IMG/VR virus record: IMGVR_UViG_3300031994_000060
Length of the DNA stretch: 24,178 nucleotides
DNA from: an uncultured virus (IMG/VR IMGVR_UViG_3300031994_000060)
Taxonomy: Duplodnaviria > Heunggongvirae > Uroviricota > Caudoviricetes
Reading direction: 5' to 3' (one strand)
The position numbers and the translations under genes were made by a program. Below, one piece after another: positions 20,672 to 24,178 of the stretch (the first letter of the stretch is position 1; every line of letters starts with the position of its first letter). The notes under the pieces are model-generated. The model saw only the letters and a program-made list of their open reading frames with translations. It was not told where the DNA came from and searched no databases.

Positions 20672-21049
20672 ATGAACCAAACCGCAGTAGACCAAAAGAT
20701 GCGAGAAGAACTTAATGCTAAATATAAAGATAGAGTTAATGAATTGTGTCACTGAGATTTGAATGTGATCGATTGAAAGATCATCATCACAAAGTGGTGA
20801 TGATCAAACAATCGTATCATATTTCCAGATGAAAACCAATTAAGTATGTATCTTGATTGAGTTGAGTGACAGGTGCATATAAGTCAACGAGCACAATACC
20901 AAGAAGATTTGAAACATATAATATATAAATGTAATTATTATATTAAAGAGATTAAAGCCAATCCTGAATATTTTAGTGATGATCGAGATGTAGATATCAT
21001 TACAGCATTTCAAAGTACTAAAGATATTTTATCTAAGTATGTAAATTAA
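20672..21049 (+). CDS. 125-aa hypothetical protein
   Basis: MNQTAVDQKM[CGA]EELNAKYKDRVNELCHGDLNVIDGK...; three CGA codons. Confidence 0.78.
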
Positions 21050-21050
21050 G

Positions 21051-21389
21051 ATGTTAAAACCTAAAGAAGAAATGATTAGTAAAGTAACAGAAATGTGTCC
21101 AGCATTTCCTATATATCTTTCATGAGAAGAAATGGAAAATATCTTATTCGAATGTAATGAATGAGATATGGACTTCTTTATAGAAGAACTTATATCATCA
21201 GCAGGAAGTTGAGACTGATCATTGAACATATCATACTTTGATGATAATGCTTGATGTATATGTCTTGTTCAAGATGTTGATTACAATATGCAATTCAATT
21301 CAGCTGAAGATGTAGTAGCTACTATATTATATTGGCAAGACAGAGTTAATTATTTTAAAGCAAAATTTTTACAACTTAAAAAAGATTAA
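21051..21389 (+). CDS. 112-aa acidic hypothetical protein
   Basis: MLKPKEEMISKVTEMCPAFPIYLSGEEMENILFECNEGDM... Confidence 0.78.
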
Positions 21390-21390
21390 G

Positions 21391-21702
21391 ATGGTAACAA
21401 AAAGAGAAGCACTTGATGCAGAACTAATTGATAATACATTTCCACAAGACTTTACAATAGCAGATATGTTTTGAATATCAGCTATTAAAGATACATATGA
21501 AAGAGCTTTTAATGAGTGGAAAGATGATATCAAATATATGACAGCATTGTCAATGGCATTAAACCATAAGATATTTGAATGGTATCATAAGGATAAAAAG
21601 ACAGCACAAGTATATAATGATTTGTTTATTGAATGTGATGATTACATTCATGAGAACTTTAAGTGAGATGATCTCACATATTATTTTAGAGTTACTGATT
21701 AA
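21391..21702 (+). CDS. 103-aa conserved phage hypothetical protein
   Basis: TFPQDFTIADMFGISAIKDTYERAFNEWKDDIKYMTALSMALNHKIFEWY...ENFKGDDLTYYFRVTD resembles a widespread phage family (recalled, not searched). Both TGA codons fall at Gly positions. Confidence 0.85.
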
Positions 21703-21706
21703 CAAT

Positions 21707-21928
21707 ATGGAAGGACGAAACATGAAAGTCAAAGACTTACTTAATGCACTTAAACAATATGATCCTGAAGCATGAGTTACATTAAGATTATGGCATCATG
21801 AATATGGTGTAGATACTTGATGTACTGATAATTACATTCTCAATATCTATCATTATACATATGAAGATGAAGAGACAGGATGAGAAGTTACAAGTAAAGA
21901 TATTGTTTTAGATCTTGATGTAAATTAA
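21707..21928 (+). CDS. 73-aa MKVKDLL-family hypothetical protein
   Basis: MEG[CGA]NMKVKDLLNALKQYDPEAGVTLRLW... Confidence 0.75.
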
Positions 21929-21929
21929 G

Positions 21930-22130
21930 ATGAAGGTTAAAGACCTAATAGAAAGATTACAAGATTGTAATCCAGATGCAGAAGTAAGTATATGATATAA
22001 CGATACATATACAGATACTGTAAAACATATTATTAAAGTAGAACCTATTGATAAGATACATAACGAAGCAGTTGTTTATATCTTTAACTACTGATGAGAT
22101 GAAAAAGAAAGAACTTCTTGAAGCTTATAA
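21930..22130 (+). CDS. 66-aa MKVKDLI-family hypothetical protein
   Basis: MKVKDLIERLQDCNPDAEVSIGYNDTY... Confidence 0.75.
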
Positions 22131-22356
22131 TAAATTGTTAGAAGAAAAGTTAGAAAGAGAAAGAAGAGATAATGAAGAATTTATGGACTTTCAATATGAT
22201 CAAGAGAAAAAAGAAATGTATATGATTACATATAAAAAATGATATCCTAAAGATTGGAAGATGTATGTATTTACTTATTGATGAATAGATACTTATTGAA
22301 GATTGATATTTAATGATAAGTGAGAAATGATAACACCTGTTTATAATGATAAATAG
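22099..22356 (+). CDS. 85-aa hypothetical protein
   Basis: MKKKELLEAYNKLLEEKLERERRDNEEFMDFQYDQEKKEMYMITYKKGYPKDWK... Confidence 0.75.
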
Positions 22357-22363
22357 AATACAA

Positions 22364-22648
22364 ATGAAAGTAAAAGAACTTATAGAAAAACTAAGTAAAA
22401 TAGATTGAGATATGGAAGTATATATTGATGATTCTGAATACTGACCTTGAACATTTGATTATATAAGAAAATGAATAAAAGCTGAGTTTGAATGAAACTG
22501 ATATACACTAATTTATTCATACGATTTGAAAGATATAGTTAATACGAGAATGTCTTGGAATGAAAGAGGTAAACCAATAGTATCAGAAAAGAAAATAGTA
22601 ATTCTAAGTGATTGGTGCTTAGAAGATAAATCAGATTTATTTATTTAA
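22364..22648 (+). CDS. 94-aa MKVKELI-family hypothetical protein
   Basis: MKVKELIEKLSKIDGDMEVYIDDSEYGPG... Confidence 0.78.
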
Positions 22649-22656
22649 TTAAAGTA

Positions 22657-22743
22657 ATGAAAGCACCACTACGAATGCAGATAATAATGTTTATATGAAG
22701 TATATGTCAGATTTTATTATTTATTTATATACTATGAAAGTAA
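22657..22743 (+). CDS. 28-aa hydrophobic membrane peptide
   Basis: MKAPL[CGA]MQIIMFIGSICQILLFIYILGK; fills the intergenic gap and overlaps the next start. Confidence 0.5.
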
Positions 22744-22916
22744 AAGAATTAATTAAACAGCTTCAGGAATATCCTGAAGATATGGTTATTCAAATCCAGA
22801 TATATGAAAGTGATGATCATTTTGCTTGATGAGATTATGAATATTATGATCCTGATCTTAAAGAAATGTATAAGGATGATGATGAATGACAACATAAATT
22901 TTTAGTTATATATTAA
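22734..22916 (+). CDS. 60-aa MKVKELI-family hypothetical protein
   Basis: MKVKELIKQLQEYPEDMVIQIQIYESDDHFAGGDY... Confidence 0.75.
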
Positions 22917-22928
22917 TTACAAACCGAA

Positions 22929-23510
22929 ATGCACTTTGCAATGACCGTAGCTTTGCCAGAAGGTGAATCAGTTTGAGATTTACTTGATCCATTTTGTGAA
23001 TCAATTTATTCATGGCACGAGGATTGATCAGTAACTTGACCAGATTGAAAAGTATATCCTGAATGAGACTTTGCACAATATACTTTTTATGATTGGTTAT
23101 GTTTATGATGAAGACGAGATGGATATATCAAATGAAAGAGATGAGCATATCCAGAGATAGCTTTTGATCTTTGAGAAAAAGATAAGAGATATCCAGAGAT
23201 AGATTGGAAATGGAGATGATCAGCTTTCATTAAGAAGTATATCAAATGATTTGGTTTTGATAAGAAGCTTAGTAAATATCCACAAACATATTCATACTTC
23301 GATCAGAACTATCTTGATGAGAATTGAGAACTTGATAATTATCCTGAGAGATTTAATTACATCAAGAAGAGATGAGAGACACGAGAACAAAATGAATATG
23401 ATGAAGCAGCTTATCAAAAAGAAATTAAGGAACGAGAGAAGAGAATTAAGAAATGGTATAACAGTATACCAGATGATTATGTAATTTATATTATTGACTA
23501 TCATATCTAA
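22929..23510 (+). CDS. 193-aa conserved phage protein (DWxxxGGRW ... DxHI family)
   Basis: MHFAMTVALP...FYDWLCL[TGA][TGA]R[CGA]DGYI...IPDDYVIYIIDYHI. Confidence 0.85.
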
Positions 23511-23893
23511 TGAAAAACTTTTTAGACGATCAATATATATTTGATGCAGTTGAAAAACTTACAGCAGAATTAGATGCTTCTGATTATAGAGAAGAAGAAG
23601 TAGCTAATAAGATATATGAAATGTTTAAAGTAGATCATATTGAAGCTGGTATTTATACAGCTTTATGATTTTTTTGAACAGCTTGATTTATGGCAGGTGA
23701 TTGATGATTAATGGATCGGGAAATCACTAGAGAACCTGATCATTATTGTTGTGTCGCTTGATGATTTGATTTCGAATCATATCGATCACTTAAACTTACA
23801 ATGAAGTTCTTAGATGAAATAACAAATGTTTTATTTAAGTATGACAAAATATCAGAATGAAACATACAGACAGACGATATCAAAAAAGAATAA
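23510..23893 (+). CDS. 127-aa hypothetical protein
   Basis: MKNFLDDQYIFDAVEKLTAELDASDY...; TAATG overlap with the upstream gene. Confidence 0.78.
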
Positions 23894-23901
23894 AAGCTAT
23901 C

Positions 23902-24178
23902 ATGGATCCATGTATAGCAGTGTTGAAACAAACACATTTACAAGATGATTTAAACTTATGATATCTAACAAGAAGCTGGTGTACAGCTAACAGTAGATGA
24001 GTAGTATTAGAAGTATATTGACAAGATAAAGATAGATTACATTGGAGTGTTAACTTAATTGAATGTTATGATATGGAAGATATGTTAGTGATCTTAGAAA
24101 GAATAAGTATCATACCAAAAGTTTTAGATTTATATGCAGACCGACATGCCAGAGCAACCAGTAGTTATAGAAATATTT
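23902..24178 (+). CDS. Hypothetical protein, truncated by window end
   Basis: MDPCIAVLKQTHLQDDLNLGYLTRSWCTANSRGVVLEVYGQDK...; open to the end. Confidence 0.7.

Noticed and set aside
1..24178. Pseudogene decay or code 4 (TGA=Trp) as the explanation for in-frame TGA
   Set aside because: TGA falls at invariant Gly positions and aligns with GGN codons; frames are otherwise intact.

Overview
AT-rich fragment of a tailed dsDNA phage genome that cannot be read with the standard code, so the supplied ORF track is mostly spurious or truncated. With TGA read as Gly, both arms become densely coding. Internal paralog alignments and conserved motifs also show CGA read as Trp. That combination points to a phage of Absconditabacterales (SR1, CPR/Patescibacteria). 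Left arm (minus strand): a 329-aa Ala/Gly-rich protein, a 167-aa Cys/His protein, a 773-aa terminase large subunit, and a giant (>2,290 aa, truncated) probable virion/ejected protein with an HExxH zincin domain. Centre (about 10.7-15.0 kb): mostly non-coding and hairpin-rich, with sigma70-like promoters, two paralogous genes, a duplicated covarying hairpin and candidate structured RNAs. Right arm (plus strand): about 25 short early-type genes, including a DUF4313-like protein, several MKVKELI-family paralogs, a lipoprotein joined to a lysozyme-like/transglycosylase domain by a probable -1 frameshift, and a ~520-nt structured region with repeated CUAAA-loop hairpins around a 14-aa basic micro-ORF. 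All translations and folds were done by eye; no database searches were run.
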